DNA of 63,807 bases, the filler included, from Octopus bimaculoides (lineage: Eukaryota): assembly GCF_001194135.2 (NCBI RefSeq). It is 4 parts of 3 records of this genome, joined end to end, with 100 filler letters (N's around TTAATTAATTAA, not from the genome) between each part and the next. Parts side by side here need not be neighbours in the genome. Positions count along the whole stretch, not along the records: positions 43,760 to 63,807 come from NC_068998.1; 3 more parts are not named here. One strand, 5' to 3'. The notes under the pieces were generated by a model. The model made no database searches, had not been told where the DNA came from, and saw nothing but the letters and a program-made list of their open reading frames with translations. This document shows positions 62,354 to 63,807 of this stretch, piece by piece. A program made the position numbers and the translations under genes. How positions within the stretch are numbered: position 1 is the stretch's first letter; every line of letters starts with the position of its first letter.

Positions 62354-63529
62354 TCACACATATATATATACACACACACACTTATATAATATGTATGTAT
62401 ATATATTGATGCGTGGTTTTATGTTGCATTATAATAAAAATGATTTGATATTAGATTAAAGAAAGATTGTTCAATATTTATTGTAAAGTAGATATTTGCT
62501 ATGCTTTCTTTTACAAGAATTGTGGTATCAGTGACTTTGAAGTTTTGTTCTGCTAGCCTGCTAGCATTCGTTCATTGGACAGCTGGATGAAGGCTAGCAT
62601 GTGTGTATGTGTGTATATATATACACACTTGTATGTATATATATATATTAAAATAAAAATAAAAAATTACAAAAAGGGGTTTGTATGATAATTCTTATAA
62701 GATTAATATGGGATATAGAATATAGAATATATTCCATATTCTATATCCCACATTAATTTTATAAGAATATAAATAAAACATAAAAAACAGCGTTGGAATT
62801 CTTTTGAATAATATATATATATACAGTTTTAGGGAAAATAACCAAGTTTCAAGAACTCATCGAGGAAAATCCACTATCACATATAGAAAAACCTGGAACT
62901 CGACTGAGGAAAGAAAACTCTGAATGACCCATCCTTGTTTCCTTGTATCACCTACCTGGATGTTTTGTCCCTTTTTTGTACCACCTAACTGTCTGGATGC
63001 TTTGTGTTCTTGTCCCATTTTGTATATATTTATATATATATATATATATATGTCCCAAGTTGATATCTATAAATGTTCTTGAGTACAGGTAATGAATATT
63101 CTTCCTTCTGTTACTGAAGTATCATCTATAAATGTCATTGTGTGTGTGCGCGCATGTGTGTGTGTCACTGGGTGCAGGTGCACGTGTATTAGAATGTGAG
63201 TCTCTGTCTGTGTGGGAGTCGGAAGGTTCAATGTCTTTTGGTGACCAATACTTACATCTCAGGCTTCGTATATTTATACTTTACACAGCAAACAGTTTCT
63301 TAAATATCTTAGACGTAGTAGTATGTAGGACATCCTACTGACTCTTGTGCATATGTGAATACGTGTATATGATGTATATGTGTATGTATACACACACATA
63401 TTGATAGATAGATAGACATGTATATCTTCATAAACACCTACACACATACACATATGTATGTATATGTATGTGTATGAGTGTGTATGTGTATGTGTGTGTG
63501 TGTGTGTGTGTGTATGAGAAAGAGAGAAA

Positions 63530-63807
63530 GAGATGATGAACAGAAATAAAGAAGCTCCGAGCAGTAACCAAGTGAGGTTTCAGCTTGACTGTTGTATTTG
63601 TTTCAGTCGTTAGACTGTGGCCATGCTGGGGTACCACCTTGAAGAATTTTTAGTTGAATGAATTGACCCCAGAGCTTTAATTTGTTTTTTTTAAAGCCTG
63701 TTGGTCTCTTTTGCCAAACCTCTAAGTTATAGGGATATAAACACAACAACACCAGTTATCAAATAGTGAAGGTGGACACAAACACAGCCACAAAGATATG
63801 CACGCAC
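63530..63807 (-). mobile_element. Family A SINE, 3' part
   Basis: TTTCAGTC...GACTGTGGCCATGCTGGGG...TCTCTTTTGCCAAACC. Confidence 0.75.

Noticed and set aside
1-63807. CRISPR array, rRNA or prokaryotic operon
   Set aside because: No regularly spaced repeat-spacer pattern or rRNA-like sequence; the content is metazoan.

Overview
Repeat-saturated, AT-rich, gap-ridden eukaryotic DNA. The SINE families, microsatellite load and assembly style point to an octopus or other coleoid cephalopod draft genome (inference, no search run). No complete protein-coding gene is visible. The window holds decayed mobile elements: RTE-type LINE pieces, a Hero/R2-superfamily non-LTR relic, two Gypsy relics, four Penelope-like (PLE) GIY-YIG fragments, Tc1 and mariner relics, a Merlin/IS1595-type element with a related MITE, hAT and Tc1 MITEs, four tRNA-derived SINE-like families, and several long palindromes. 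The most interesting signal is a roughly 330 bp unit made of a tRNA-like Pol III head, an (AAT)n tract and a minimal type I hammerhead ribozyme motif. It occurs four times. At 56.8-58.0 kb it brackets a 5'-truncated Penelope RT-tail/GIY-YIG fragment as an inverted pair, with an 18 bp snap-back hairpin at the truncation point, so it may be a Penelope pseudo-LTR acting as a ribozyme-bearing SINE. Weak candidates for host exons exist, notably a signal peptide plus RKKR exon at 14.4 kb. Almost all ORF-track entries are artefacts of N gaps or microsatellites.
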